A stretch of 64,000 nt of DNA from the human T2T-CHM13v2.0 reference genome, Homo sapiens, in NCBI RefSeq assembly GCF_009914755.1, contig NC_060947.1, one strand, 5' to 3'. The notes beneath the pieces are model-generated. The model was given only the letters and a program-made list of their open reading frames with translations. It did no database searches and was not told where the DNA came from. Below are positions 20,863-36,778 of this stretch, piece by piece (within the stretch, counting starts at the first letter, position 1; every line of letters starts with the position of its first letter). A program made the translations under genes and the position numbers.

Positions 20863-21425
20863 AGAAAAAAGAATTTGAAAAAAAGAAAAAAGGGTTTGAG
20901 ATTTTATCCTACTTGCAAGATGAGAAGTTAGCCTTCCATAGTTTCATGGATGCTGGTAGAAGACAGGAGGTGCCTTGGTCAGAGACAAAAGGCAGTTTAT
21001 TAATCAACAGCAGTAAGAATAGCCTAAATATCAGCATTTCTTTTTCCAGTTTCCTAAGCCCCAATTCCCACAGGATGACATAGTAAGGGCCAGGTAACAT
21101 TTGTACATGCAGTGGGTTACATTACAGGAGAGTAACCCTTAGCTTAGGGAACCCAAATCTTCTATAATTAGCAATAAGCATCCCTGCTCTTTATCTCCAA
21201 GGGAGCTACTATCTTTATTAGACTGGAAGGAGACACTAAGCCTCTATCTTCCAACGCTATAAGCAAACCTATACTTTGCTCCAGAGGGAGAGACTATTTT
21301 TGTCTTCCACAGCTACTTGCTATATAAACATCCTTGAAGAGATAGTCCAGAACAAAGAGAAGTCAGTGCCTCTGCTTACAAGAGATACAGAAATGCATGA
21401 TACCATGGAGAATTGTCTCTCAATA
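20507..21425 (-). mobile_element. Solo LTR (ERVL class, MER68-like) interrupted by an AluJ
   Basis: Minus strand begins TATTGAGAGACAATTCTCCATGG and ends ...GCAAGTAGGATAAAATCTCAAACCC|Alu|...; family assignment from memory. Confidence 0.6.
20525..20890 (+). mobile_element. Alu (AluJ-like)
   Basis: Dimeric Alu with A/AAAAG tail. Confidence 0.9.
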
Positions 21426-23569
21426 TCTGTAACTGACTTAGGCCTGAGAATCTACTCCAAGAACAAAGAGAAAAGGAAAGCAGAACAAACTGCAGATCTA
21501 ATGATTCAATAAAAATTGGCTTGTGGGAACTCTGCATGGAGGTATTTTAATATAAAGATGTCAACCTATCTTCTTTGTATTTTATACAGCACTGAAAATG
21601 GTGCCTTTTCTCAAAGTCTAGAGACACTTAGAAATTAGTCATTGCTTATTCATTAAGGAATATTTAATGAATATCTTTATGTGCCAGGAACTGTGTTGGG
21701 CTCTCTTCCATTATTCTACTTATCATCTTTTCACTCTGTTGAGGGGAAATTACCTAAAATCATTTTCAGCTTCTTTTCTTTGCAGCAATTTTTAATTACT
21801 TGGTGCATTAAATTAAAATAATAAAACTATAAAATTAGAACTGGCCTAGAATATTTTTAAATGTACTACATAAAAGATGATACAATTTTACTGTGAAAAA
21901 ATTATACTTCAATTAGCCTTTAATTCATAGCACTGAAAACAGTATGCAAATTATTTAATCATTCAAGATTAGACATTTAGAACAAATTGCATACTTAAAC
22001 ATGTATAAAAGGATGGGCATTTCAGGTATTTTCAGGAACCATTATATACTACTTTAAAAATACTTATATTGTGACAGTTTTTAAAATATATAAGAATTAT
22101 TCAACAGTCAGGAGCTTCTTCAAAAATTCCATCTATCTTGCATTTTTACTTCATTATAGAAATTCAAATAAGCAAGTTAGCGATGATTTTTGTTCCATAA
22201 GACTTTGAATAGGAGTCCTATATTTTTCTAGGTGGCAAAAACTGGCCCACCCACTGGGCTTTTAAATAATACTAATCACAATCATCATCATAGCCCTAGG
22301 ATAAACTTTCACTTACATTTTCTCATTTAATCCTCAATAATTCTATAAGGCAGATAATACATGAAATATGAATATTCAGTTTAAGGATGAGAAAACCAAA
22401 GCTCAGAGAGGTTAAATGCCATGCCCAAGGTCATGCCCTAACAAATGGCAGTAAAAGATCTTGAAGTTGGGCTTTCAGACTCTAACTAAATACCATTACT
22501 TTCCATAGTTTGCACTGAGCTGTATCTCACTGTACTGCAGCTACATATTACTTGAGGAGGAAGAGCCATAGGCATAACAGGATGGAAATGGATAAAAGAG
22601 CTACCAGCCACCATGAAAAGAAAAGAGAGATGAAGCTGCTCTTCCGAAAGAACAGCCTCTCTCCTCGAAGGGGAAATTTCCAGAGATGCCCACCCACTGC
22701 TATGGCAATGCACCCTGCAGGGCCTGCCCCACCAGCTGACTTGCCTCTCCCAGGAGCCTGCAGATCTCAAGCCCCCCAACTCTTCCTTCTCTTAGCCGCT
22801 ACACTTCTCTCACTAGATGCTTCTCAGAAAAGGCCAGGGAAGCTCTTCTTGGTGACAAAAAAGAATCCTGAACACCCATGAGTTAGAAAGAAAAGGCAGG
22901 TCTAACACTAACAGTAAAGTTTTGATAACCAAAAATCTAACGTCACAATTCCATATTAATCAGAAAACCAAGGTGGGCCATTTGAAATGTACAGTTGCAC
23001 ATGAGAGCTTTCAATAACATATTCATAGGATTTCTCAACTGTGTCCTTTGAGAATTAAAATTTCTAATTATCAGAATTTTTATGTTTTTAGTCTTCCACG
23101 ATAAATGGCAGAAACTCCATCAGCAGGAATTTGTTTTGGGATATCAAAGAAATGGGCAGGATACCATGTCCTTGACCCACATTGAAGAGCAGGTGAAATC
23201 ATCAAGGTAGATAAATAAAGATATTGTTACAAAACAGAAAAACAACTAAAGCACCATATTTGCCCTTTAAATTTTCAGGAGTTTATCTTAACTGCCCAAT
23301 AAAGACTATTGGGACACATGTCCAGCTTTTCCTCATCTTCATGTTTTACATTTCTCTTCCTTTGTAAAAGCCCTGCTATCTGGCTATGCTCTTCAAGCTT
23401 TAACTTTCTAACATTTCCCTGTGGTTTAGATCAAAGTGACCATATATCCATTTATGTTTCATGTGTTTTCATGTTATTCAGTTGAGACTTGCCTTAGATC
23501 TTTGCTCATACCACTAAATTTACTTTTCTGGAATTCACCTTCCAGAATTAAGACTCCAAACTCTCACCT

Positions 23570-23879
23570 CTATTTTATTTTTTATTTATTTATTTATTTT
23601 TGAGACAGGGTCTCACATCATTGCCCAGGCTACAGTGCAGTGGCATGATCATGGATCAATGCAGCCTCAACCTCCCAGGCTCAAGCGATCCTCCCTACCT
23701 CAACCTCCCGTGTAGCTGAGATTACGGGCATGGCCACCACGCCTGGCTAACTTTTTATTTTTTGTAGAGACAGCCTTGCTTTGTTGCCCAGGCTGGTCTT
23801 GAACTCCTGGACTTAAGCAATCCTTTTGCCTCGGCCTCACAAAGTGCTGGGATTACAGGCGTGAGCCACTGCACCTGGG
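23570..23879 (-). mobile_element. Alu (AluJ-like)
   Basis: Reverse Alu with T-rich tail; TSD TCACCTCTATTTT. Confidence 0.9.
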
Positions 23880-24579
23880 TCACCTCTATTTTAATTTAAG
23901 TATGTTAATTTCATTTTAGTAATGCTGCAGGCCTAGAGTACATCCAAGTCTAAAGGCAGATATTTCTTAGGTAAATGAAGATATAACTGCAATTGCCACT
24001 TATCATCACATCTACAAGTTTGTGCCCTAAAAATACTAAGAGGCTTAACCACAATCACACATAACAGAGTGTCTTTTCTTCCTCTTGTGCTTACTATATT
24101 CCTCTACTAAAATGACTTGTATACTTTTACTTTTATTTTTCTAAAATGTCACCTTTAGAGTTTCGGTTTCACAAGAATAATTATTTTTATATACACAACC
24201 GGGCACTCACCTTGCAGCAAAAGAATAAGAAGTTAAAAATTCCACATTTCTGCTCACAATAAGAAACAGTAACCCTACGCATCTCCCCCTTAGCTATTGA
24301 AAAAGCACCAAAATAACAGATGCTTTAATGTCCTCTTGCATGACCACCTTCTTGCCCTGTTTTCCCTATTCAATCTATGATCTGCTCCCAAATACTTCCC
24401 AATTTATTGTCCCACCACTTTATCTCATGTTGCTCCTTTTGACTATTCTGCCTTTCTCTTCCATCTTTATCTAGAGAAACTTTTGAGGTACCATTCAAAT
24501 GCCAGATTCTCTAGTGGATATTGGCTTTTCCTCCTCTAATCCCTCAAGTACCTGGTTCTCTCCCCAGTGTCCACCCTCT

Positions 24580-25063
<484 letters not shown>

Positions 25064-27692
25064 TCCCACCACCCCTCCACCACTTTATGGGATATAATAC
25101 CTATATATAGTACATGCCCAATAAGAGTGAATGGCATATGAATGACTGACTTCTATTTTGTGTGATTACATTTGCCTGATCAAGCAGATTATCTTAGAGT
25201 ATTAAAAAATATATATATGAGAAATACTACCTTATTAAGGGGCCAAAACAAGTCATTAGTGGAAATCAGTGTTCTCAACCAAGATGCACTAAGAATCATA
25301 GGGAAGCCAGTTCTTGACCCCATGTCTACAGAAGAAAAAATTCTGGGGTGGGCTAGGAGATTCTGAGGATCACTTTCAACTGAGAACAACTGGTATAGAC
25401 CATACCAGAAAATCACGGCACATTTCTAATCATTATCCTTTCTTTAGCACAGATTAGGCTGGACTTGGTGTATTTAACTGACAATTATTCTGTTAGACAA
25501 TTAGAGGTAAAACTACTGGATTAACCTCTGACATTCTTGGCTTGATATAATGTTGTTTTAACTACATTCCAGCAGAAAAGCAACACGTTCTGTAAATATA
25601 ACACATCTAACCGAAAAGAGAGTGATGTCCTGGCAAGAAATGAAAGCAAGCCTTGAAGTGCAATACTGGCTTTCTTGACTCATAACACACACAAATCTCC
25701 TTGCCAACAAGAACTTGTGAATATTAAAAATATGTTGTTCTGATTAGAAGCTGCATGAATGCCTATTTTGGTACCATGCTAATGGATGCCTCTTTTGTTT
25801 CTGGCTGATTCCAAACTCCCCCCACCCTAAAAAATTACATGATAATAGAGGCAACCAAAAGGGAGCAGGGGAGGGTTATAATTCCTCCAGTTGCACTAAT
25901 TTCCAAATGGTCACACAAGAAACAAGTGCATCTGACCTCCAAGTTCATCTAGAAAATATCAAAATCCTATGGAAGTGACAGGAACGCCATCACTGCACAG
26001 CACCTAATCTTGACCATTTGCCTCTTCCCAGGGCCCAGATGCATGGAAAGCAAGCCCGGGCCACTCAAGTCACAACTGAAAGAAACACTACCTACCCTGT
26101 CCCACTGACGTCTGAACCACTGGCTCATTAAGTGTTTTCTTTTTTCCAATCACTTAATTTAGAAAAGCTTGAAGAAGGCATTTAAATGATTTTTCAAACT
26201 ATCTGCAGTCCAAATAGACCTTCCTTAACAAGAATTATCATATTAAATATTTCAAGAGACTGGTTTCTCTCTAAACAAAGCTTGGTGACAGAGTGGTTAT
26301 TCATGTTTGCTTTCTACAGGATTTGCTACAGCCTTCCAAATTTCTCTACTCTGCTGACAAATTCAATGTCATTACGCAGCGTGATTACTGTGTATTCTAT
26401 ACACAACTCTTGAGCTGTGTCTTCACACAGGGAAATGTCCTGACCACAGTGAGCCAATCAAAAATTCGGAAAATTTCCAGAGACTTTAAAGTTGTCTTTT
26501 ACTCAGGTCTTTTTTTTCTGAGACTTTATGATAGCATTCCTCCCTCCTTACACAAGAATGATTTTCAAGTACATCATTATGACTATCTTCAGCTTGCCTT
26601 TGGAATCTGCCTATGTGAGATTTGAAATCAAGAGTCTGAAAGAATTGAGAAGTCTTAATAAAAGCCTTTCCAAGATTCTAAAAGAAGCTACATTTCATAT
26701 TTCTTCTTGGATAGTTTAATAAAACTAAGATGAACTGGACAGGGGCCAGTGAGCTATAGGATTATGAGCTTTCACTTTAAAGGTAATAATGAAAACAATA
26801 ATGCAAGTCACTAACCCAGGCCTGGGGTGTCCTGTGACCTCCAGTCTATCATTTGTGCAAGTTTGGTGTCATGGTGGGAAAGTAATCAGAAAATAAGCAG
26901 AGCTTAGTGAGGGAATATCAGAACAAAATGTTTAGGTGAAAACCTGTAAGAAATTTTTTCTTTTTGCCACAGCAATACTATTATATAATCAAATACACGT
27001 AAGTAAAATAGATGTCCACAAAAATTATAAATTGTAAATTCTTTGTTCTTAAATAATCTTCAACCATTTTCTAATGCATTCTTGCCAATCTTTAAAAACT
27101 GCCTTATATGTTTTAAATGACCCTAAAGAATCTAAAACCTCTTGTCCCTTTGTAAAATAAAATGTCATACTTTTAACCTTAAAATTTGTGAAAACCTGTT
27201 TTTAAAATGTTATGGTATTTCCATATTTCCTGAAAGATTTACCATTAGGCCAAATTCACCAAATAAAATGGCCAGGGAGTGGATAGTGTATCAGTTGGAA
27301 CACAAAGAACAATGAGGACAGTTCATATTACCTCCTCATACTAATCTTCGTCTTTTCCCACCACTAGTAAAACCAAGCAGAGACACTAAATTGAATTCCC
27401 TTTATCTTTCCATCACCTCACCAGTGGCTCTCCTCTAACATGGTAGAATAGCCTGGTCATGATCTGGGCACCTCTGATTCCCAATCTCCATTTCTAGTCT
27501 TGACTTTTTTCCTGAAAACACATCCTAAGTTTGTACCTGCCTGGAGGGGCATCACCACACAGATGTCTAACACCCCTTCAAAGGCCTCATGCCCTGAAAC
27601 ACACCCCAGATTCAAACCCCAATCCTGTTTCTTGCTCTGTGCTCCTGGGCTTTATAAAGGTATCATGACTCAACCACAGAGACCTCTGAGGC

Positions 27693-28106
27693 CGATATAG
27701 TTTGGATATTTGTCCCCTCCAAATCTCATGCTGAAATGTGATCCCCAGTGTTGGAGATGGGGCCTGCTGGGAGGTGTTTGGGTCATGGGGGTGGATCCCA
27801 CATGAATGTCTTTGTGTTGTCTTCGCAGTAATGTGTGAGTTCTTTCTGTTGGTTACCGTAAAATCTGATTGTTAACAAGAGTCTGGCATCCCCTCCTTTC
27901 TCTCTTGCTCCCCGTCTTGCCATGTGACACGCCTGCTCTCCTTTCACCTTCCACCACGAGTAAAAGCTTCCTGAGGCCTCACCAGATGCAGAAGCTGGTG
28001 CCATGCTTCTTGTACAGTCTGCAGAACTGTGAGCCACATAATCCTCTTTTCTTTATAAATTACCCAGCCCCAGGTATTCCTTTAGAGCAATGCAAAACAG
28101 ACTGAG
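27693..28106. mobile_element. ERVL-MaLR solo LTR (MSTB-like)
   Basis: GATATAGTTTGGATATTTGTCCCCTCCAAATCTCATG ... ATAAATTACCCAGCCCCAGGTATTCCTTTAGAGCAATGCAAAACAGACT. Confidence 0.85.
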
Positions 28107-30997
28107 CAAATTACCTCCCTAAGCCTGTTTCCTTTTCTGTAAAAGCTGACAGTGACAGTAACTACTTTAGATGGTCATCAGGAGATTAAATGAGATAATG
28201 ATAAGGTAGGCACTTTTTCATTAGATATTCCCCCTCCTCACTCTCTGTATTTAATCACTGGCCAATGCATATCAACTCTGCCAACCAAATGTCTCTCAAA
28301 TCCTTCCCCAATTTTCTATTCCTACCATCATTGTCCTGGTTTGGACACTCAGCATTTCTAGCCTGAACAATTGCAAAACTCTTGGACTGGTGGCCTTGCT
28401 CCCTTTCCTTTCCAATCTGGTGGCCTATTATTACTCCATGAGATAGGGCTATGATGGGACTCAGTCCTTTTGTCCATTTTCCCAAAACATAGCACAGTGC
28501 CTGACACAGAATAGGCATCCAACAAATACTTCTTGGCAATGCTGGCTGGCTCCAAATTCATTATTCCAACCACCAGACACAATGAAGCCATGCTCTAAGA
28601 AAAACCTCAATCTCATGAGCATTGAAGGAAGTCCTCTGCACACTTAATGAGGTTGCATGACAACCTTATTCTCAGAGCCCATGGCCCTCAAATCCCTGCT
28701 TCTCCCCCTTGAACTCATTGTGGTATATCAATACAGAGCCCTCAGGCCTAGATTAGTAATTAGTAAGCAAAATTTGTTCAGCATAGGCAGAAATCATGAG
28801 ATGTGTTAAATAACAATAGGTAGGTAGGTATGCTAAGTAGAGCATGGGCATGTTAAACATAGAAAGAAAGGGATGGAAAAACCAAAAGATAACTGATTTT
28901 CAGTAGGTCGTAAATATACATGAGGCACCTGGACTCTAAATATTCATGATATGCTAAATATATAAGGACACTAAATATTCATGAGCACCCAATATTTATG
29001 AGGCCTCAATTTGGCCACTCATTCATCGGTGACACCCATTCTAGCCCCATGTGACCTCTGCCCAAGAAACACAAACAAAACCCAAGACTATCCAGCAGGC
29101 TTATTGACAAGCTACAGCCATGGCCAGGCACACTTCTCCCTGCATCTCCCCAACAGAGCAAGTGTGTGCCCTCAGCCCGAAGCCCCTTCTGTCTGTGGTT
29201 CTCCTTGCTTGAACCTCAGTTCTGGTCTCTAAACCATACTAGTAGCAGGGAAGGTTAGTGAAACAGAGACAGAACCATTGCTGACCCCAGGATTCAGGCA
29301 GTATGGTCCTTCTGCCTACTTGTACCCTGTCCCAAGTGTGTGAACCTACCCTATCTCTTTCCCTCTTTCTTCTCATCATGTGTTTTAAATTACTTTAATG
29401 TAACATGTGATTCATGCATTTTAATGTGATCCATGAGCCTTCTGTTTTGTGACCTCTGGGAGAGCCTGCATGTACAATTCTCAAAGGCCACCACTGTATC
29501 CAGGTAACATCCCACACAACACTCTCCCTGCTGCATACAGAACAGATTGTAGGAGGAGCAAGAATGGAAACAGGGAGACCACGTTAGGCAGCTATTCTAT
29601 TCCTCTAGTCAACAGATGAGGGTAGCTTAGGTGAGGATGGTAGTGAAGGGGATGGAAAGACATGGACATATTCAGGATATGTTTTTCTAGGAGAGTGAAG
29701 AACAGGGATGGTAGTTATGAGCAAGTAGGGAAAGTAAAAGGAGTATATATTGTAGTTAGAGAAGACAATTTCAGAGACTGAGATACTGGAGGTGGCAATA
29801 CTCTAAAAGGCAAAGAAACAACAACACACCCAAGAATCAGCTCGTCAAGGAACTGAGTACCCTGAAAGGTCATTTACACCAGCAACCAAACAAACACTCA
29901 AATCCTCTCATACTTCCAGCAGGCTGTCAGTGAAAAACCACCCCTGACCTGCCCCCAGGGCCATCTATCTACACGAGGGAACAAACAAATCTGTGACTCT
30001 CCTCTCCTCCGCCCCTACACCAGACCCCTAACCCCAACCCTACCCAGGTCCATTCCCTATAACTTCTAGCAGCTCTCTGCCAGAAAGTTCTTCCTCTTAC
30101 TGACCTGAACTCTGACCCCTAGGTCCCATCCATGAACATAAAGAGAATAAGGTCACCCCTTCTCCACATGACAGCCCTTTAGATTCCTGAGGACATTTAT
30201 CAAGCACACTGGAGTCTCCCCATTACAGACAAATATCCCTTTTCACTATTCTGTCTTGCACATGACAAATGTTCAGTTCTTTCACCGTCATAGTTGCTGT
30301 CCCCTGAAGTCATTCAGAACTCCGCAGCATCCCAAGAGAAGGACCCACAGCACAAACAGAAGAAATCAGTCATCTCCATTGATCTCTGCCATACTTAATG
30401 CAACCTAGGATTAGCTTCTCTGGTGGCCACATCACAGAGTTAACTCTTATCTGTGGCTGAGAGGAGTATGGACAAAGATGACTGGCATACACAGGGTGAA
30501 GGAACAATGACTCTCTGGTGAGGTACCATCGAAGTCTGTAGTTAACAGGTATGAGGATGAGGAGGGGGTGGTTGAAACAAATGACAGTAAATTCAAGAAA
30601 GAAGAGAATGCCAATCTGGAAGCTGCAGTAGAGAACAGCTTTCTCTTCTCCCCTAATGGTGTTGTGAAGGAAGTGATCTGCTCACGGCAAGGCGACCAAA
30701 GGGTTTGAGGAAAAAGTCAAAGGCACAGGAGAGTTTACTCATACCAGAGCAGCACCTGAAAGGATACAAGTATGCCACGGAGGAGTGAGAGACCCAGCCA
30801 ATGTTGACATGCAGAGGGTAGAAAGCTGGTAAGTCACAATCAATAACTACACGCTAATGGCATGTTTATATTCACCACTGCCAGCAGGTTAGACAGCCTA
30901 AACAGTAGCATGCAGTCTTTTGAAAAGCTAAAGGCAGGCAGTATATAAAGGCAGGAGTCAGAAGTGAAGGAACCATAACTCTGCTTTAAATAGATAC

Positions 30998-31148
30998 CTT
31001 GAAGTAATCCACTATTTTTCACCTCTGGTTCATTTACTTGAATTGTGTCATCTTCAGGGTAGAAGTAGATTTTATAGTATCTTATTCTGTAGTTGGTTTG
31101 GCTTTTATCAAGTACTTCCTCTTCCAAATAGGCATCAAAAGATAATAC
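30998..31148 (-). CDS. EFHC2: EFHC2 internal coding exon (probably exon 3): VLSFDAYLEEEVLDKSQTNYRIRYYKIYFYPEDDTIQVNEPEVKNSGLLQ(G)
   Basis: 151 nt; acceptor ttccaacAG (31150-31149), donor CAAG|GTATCT (30997); start of the first DM10 domain (YFYPEDDTI..EP..NSG). Confidence 0.97.
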
Positions 31149-32944
31149 CTGTTGGAATAATAATTAGAAACTAAGAAATGAAAAGAAAATTCAGCAAACT
31201 TAAAATTAACAAAGCAGCTGCCTGTATACTTTTTGTTAATATAAAGAAAAAAGTAGAGAGAATTTTTCCAAGAACTCATTCTACACATCAGCCATGCGAA
31301 TGGATATACAATCTAAGATACAATACATAAAGATTATTTAATACTTTTATCACCATCTGGTTAAAACAAGGAAATGATATTCAAGTAATACATCCATCGT
31401 TCAGCTCTACCATAAACTGAACTAGAGTCTGCCTTTGGGATTTCACAGTGGGATTCTAAATGTATATGTTATAGAGACAAAATATTCTTTCTCACAAGAT
31501 GAATAAGTTTTGTCATTTTTTTCCCATTAACAATAACACAAAGCTGCCTTGGTTCTGGCATAAAATTATCCTGACTGTTAGTCCTGATGATTGCTTGCCT
31601 TCAGGCAATTCAAGCAGGCATATCTGAAATTCATCCAATGCCCTGGAGACCCCACCTTACACTTCGGGAACCTCAAGGAGCCTAGCCCAATGCTAGACTC
31701 AGACTCATCTTGTATGGGGGCGGTAGGGAATAAGGAAGGGAAGGACAGGTGGATTCTAAAGCAGTTATGGTAAAATTCAGAGATAGTCAAAAATATCTTT
31801 GAAAATTCCTTAACTACTTTAGAAAACTGTGCCTCTCAGTAAGTAAAACACAGCCCATTTTTCTCCCATATTGAAGCAGATGACTGCCTGCTTCTTCAGT
31901 TGAAGACCAGTTAAAATCATTTCTTTATGCTTAGGTGCCATGTTGTATGAATAATATATATCTTTAGCCATTGGAAACATTCTTAATATGGCATCCTGCT
32001 CACACACTGAGCACGACAAGGTAATTGAGGACAACTGTGGGAAAAGTAGATTCAGGCTACCATTTCAAGCTTGACCTGCGGCTCAAGCTCTGTGAGAGCT
32101 CCATTTAAATATTCTCTTTGTCTCTCACTTTTGATCAATTTTTATAATTGAAGTTGCAAAACTTAACTGTGCATATGATGTAACTCCAGGGTTATTCAAT
32201 GTGGACAATATGATATATATGAGTGAGTCTGTTAGATGCAATCTACCCTCTAGGGGTGGTGGTCAGTTAACCTAAGTAAGAATATATACTCCAGGAGTGT
32301 TTAGCATATTTTTATCAGAAGCCCACACTTCAGAAGTGGCTAACAGAATGCCTCAGTAGCTTTTTCTTTGATCAACACAAGAAGCTTTGTCAATTGCCAT
32401 AAATGATATTAGAATAAATTTTAGTGAAATGATTGTATTCAAAATGCACATATCAGTTACAAATACTAACCAGGCACTGTCCTTACAGGAACAGGTTATA
32501 AGAGTCTGGTGAACCCAGAGATCTACTCCCTTCAGGATGGCACCTTTGGCTTCATTCCCAAATAGTCCTATGTTCAGCTGCTTTCTTAAAGAATTTGTCT
32601 GGCCTGACTCCAATTAGGTTAGCTAAACCCCATTGCTAGAATGCTGTCACATTTGTATTGAGTGAATATTTCAGATAAGATGCTGTTGGACAAGTATAGA
32701 GTTTCCTTCTGGGGTGACAAAAAAGTCTTGGAACTAGATAGATGTGATGGTTGCACAGCCTTGTGGATATGTTAAATGTCACTGAATTGCACACTTTAAA
32801 ATGGCTAATGGTTAATTTCATGTTATGTGAATTTTACCTCAGTTAAAAAAAGATATTAGACACTGAGTTGTGTTGGACACTTTAAAATGGTGAGTTTTTG
32901 TTATGTGAATTATATTTCAACTTTTAAAAAGTAGGGGGAGGGAG

Positions 32945-33209
<265 letters not shown>

Positions 33210-33943
33210 ATAATTTTTTTTAAAAAAGGAGGAGGAAAAAAAGATGTTGGAACACCTAAAAGGAGAAAGAGCTGGGGCTTCATCAAACTTTCAGTGTACG
33301 TAATATTTAATCTGAGATTTTTTTTTCTTTGTAATCAAGTAGGAAAGTGTAGAGAGAATATTCTTGGCTGTCACCCACCTCTATATACTGAATGCTGCCA
33401 GTATAAATTTGAGAATGACTACACTGGCATAGGTCAATTGACAACTGGCATAGGTCAACTGTCATGTATGTAATCATTAAATATTTATCAATCAAATGAT
33501 GCATTAAAAGAGAAGGATGCTAAATTGAAATAAAGAGAAAAGGAAAGACATTATCTTAGGTTGGGCTTCAATATGTCTAGATGAGGGACAGACTGATATT
33601 TCATAGTCTGCTCCCATGAGAATACAGGGCTGTCAAACTCCAGCATGAAAGATACAGAGCAAGTCAGAATGAGGTAGAGATGGAAAGATAAAAAAGGAAG
33701 AGGAAGAGGAAATTATAAAATGTGGTGAAGTAGAATGTAAGAGGAGAGACACCAAATAGATTAAAAAGTGATCTCACAAAAATAAATGATCTAATTGCAA
33801 TGGAACTTGATGTATCAGAGAATCCAGAAAACAGAACCTAAAATAAAAACTGTTAAAAATGAAAATTTATAGGAACATAATTATGATGTAAGGTGTTATC
33901 ATCATTTATGATGTCAAGCAGAAACTAGATAAATAAGGTCCTA

Positions 33944-34374
<431 letters not shown>

Positions 34375-34447
34375 TTATATGAGGTTACCTACCTGATCCT
34401 CAAGGCATTTGGAATTTTAATCTTAGCCTAGAGGATATAAAACCTTA

Positions 34448-34760
34448 GACCAGGCACAGTGGATCATGCCTGTAATCCCAACACGTTAGGAGGCTACATC
34501 AGGAGGATTGAAACACTTTAGGCCAAGAGTTCTAGACCAGCCTGGGTGACACATGGGTCCCTGTCTCTCCAACAATTTTTCTTTATTTAACTAGTCAGGT
34601 ATGGTGGTGCGTGCCTCATAGTCCAAGCTGCTCAGGAAGCTGAGGCAGGAGGATTGCTTTAGCCCAGGAATTTAAGGCTGCACTGGGCTATGATCATGCC
34701 ACTGCATTCCAGCTTGGGTGACAGAAAAACAGAAAAGAAAATAAAAAAGAAAAAGAAAAA
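34448..34760 (+). mobile_element. Alu (diverged AluJ)
   Basis: Degenerate dimeric Alu with A-rich tail. Confidence 0.8.
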
Positions 34761-35290
34761 ACTCCTGAAATCTGAAATCAATTAGCTTTAAATAACAGGT
34801 ATATGATTTCCTCATTACAAAGGAAAAATTTTAAATGTTAATGTTTCTGAATTCAGGATCTTCTTACAATTAAAGCCAAAAGAATCTCAAAGCAGTCAAG
34901 AATGCATTTTGATGGGAAGTAGTTCTAACTTGATATATGGTGCAAATTTAGCTTTGTAGAGAAGAATCTATCCTATCTTCATGACAGTTGAGTTATTTGC
35001 TTAGCATTGCATATCCCAAACAGCTGGATTTTAACATTAGATTCTTAATTTTCACTTAAAATGTTTGAAAATGATTATTGTCTGATGCAGTATGACACAA
35101 AAAATAATTGCGTGGAGAAGGTTGTCCATTGCAGGCTAGACCATGCAACTGTAAGGCAAAGGCAAAAGCCTAATTTCTTAGAATAAAGCATATAATTTTT
35201 AAAGATGGGGAGGCTGATGTGGCCAATACGTGAGTCAGAAAGACTATCACTTCAGGAATCAAACATCTAATGTCAAAAACTTACAGCTGA

Positions 35291-35680
<390 letters not shown>

Positions 35681-36404
35681 TCAACATCACATGTCCAAGT
35701 TTAATATGTTTAAGCTCTGTTTTATGAAAAAGGTTCAGACTTAAATTGTGAAGTACTATAAAAGGGATATAATGGTAAGGATAAATGCATGCTCTATATG
35801 TTAGTAGACAAGAAAAATTTGTGTACATTTAATACAGTGTTGTTTATTCTTCCTGAAAAAGCTGTTATTAAATCAATGGTTTCTCTCATGATTATGAAGT
35901 CCCATAATCAAGGAAATAAACGATAATACATTTTGTGTTGCATATAGAGGATGGCTCCTTTATACATGACAATATATATATTTACAGAAATATATCTGAA
36001 ACATATGCTAATTCACAAAAATTTTAATAAATTTTAAAAACAGAAAAATTATACAAGTTATATTCACTGATCACAAAGTAATACAACTAGAAGTGTATAA
36101 TGTACCTATAAACGAAAATTGTCACTCCTCATAATTGTACCAAAAATAAATCTAAAAATATAAAAAATATACAAATAAAATTTATATACATGTATGTAAT
36201 AAATTTATATAAAAGTATATAATAAAATATAAGGCCATACAAACCTATAGGATATAGGCAAATTTGCAATCTGGGGTAAATTAATGGATTAAAATTATTA
36301 CATAAAAGAATTTAGAGTCTGAGAGAGAGGATAAATTGCTAACAGTGTTTCTCAGCCTTGGCTATGCATTGGGAACTTTAAAAAAAATTTGAAAGACCAG
36401 ATCT

Positions 36405-36754
<350 letters not shown>

Positions 36755-36778
36755 CTATTACTATTTTTTAAAAGCTAC

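Noticed and set aside
22552-22881. 109-aa plus-strand ORF (…MEMDKRATSHHEKK…)
   Set aside because: No homology I recognise, no splice or promoter support; length is compatible with chance.
33422-33462. 21-bp tandem duplication ACTGGCATAGGTCAA(T/C)TG
   Set aside because: Ordinary local slippage duplication; the AGGTCA half-site spacing is not a standard nuclear-receptor element.
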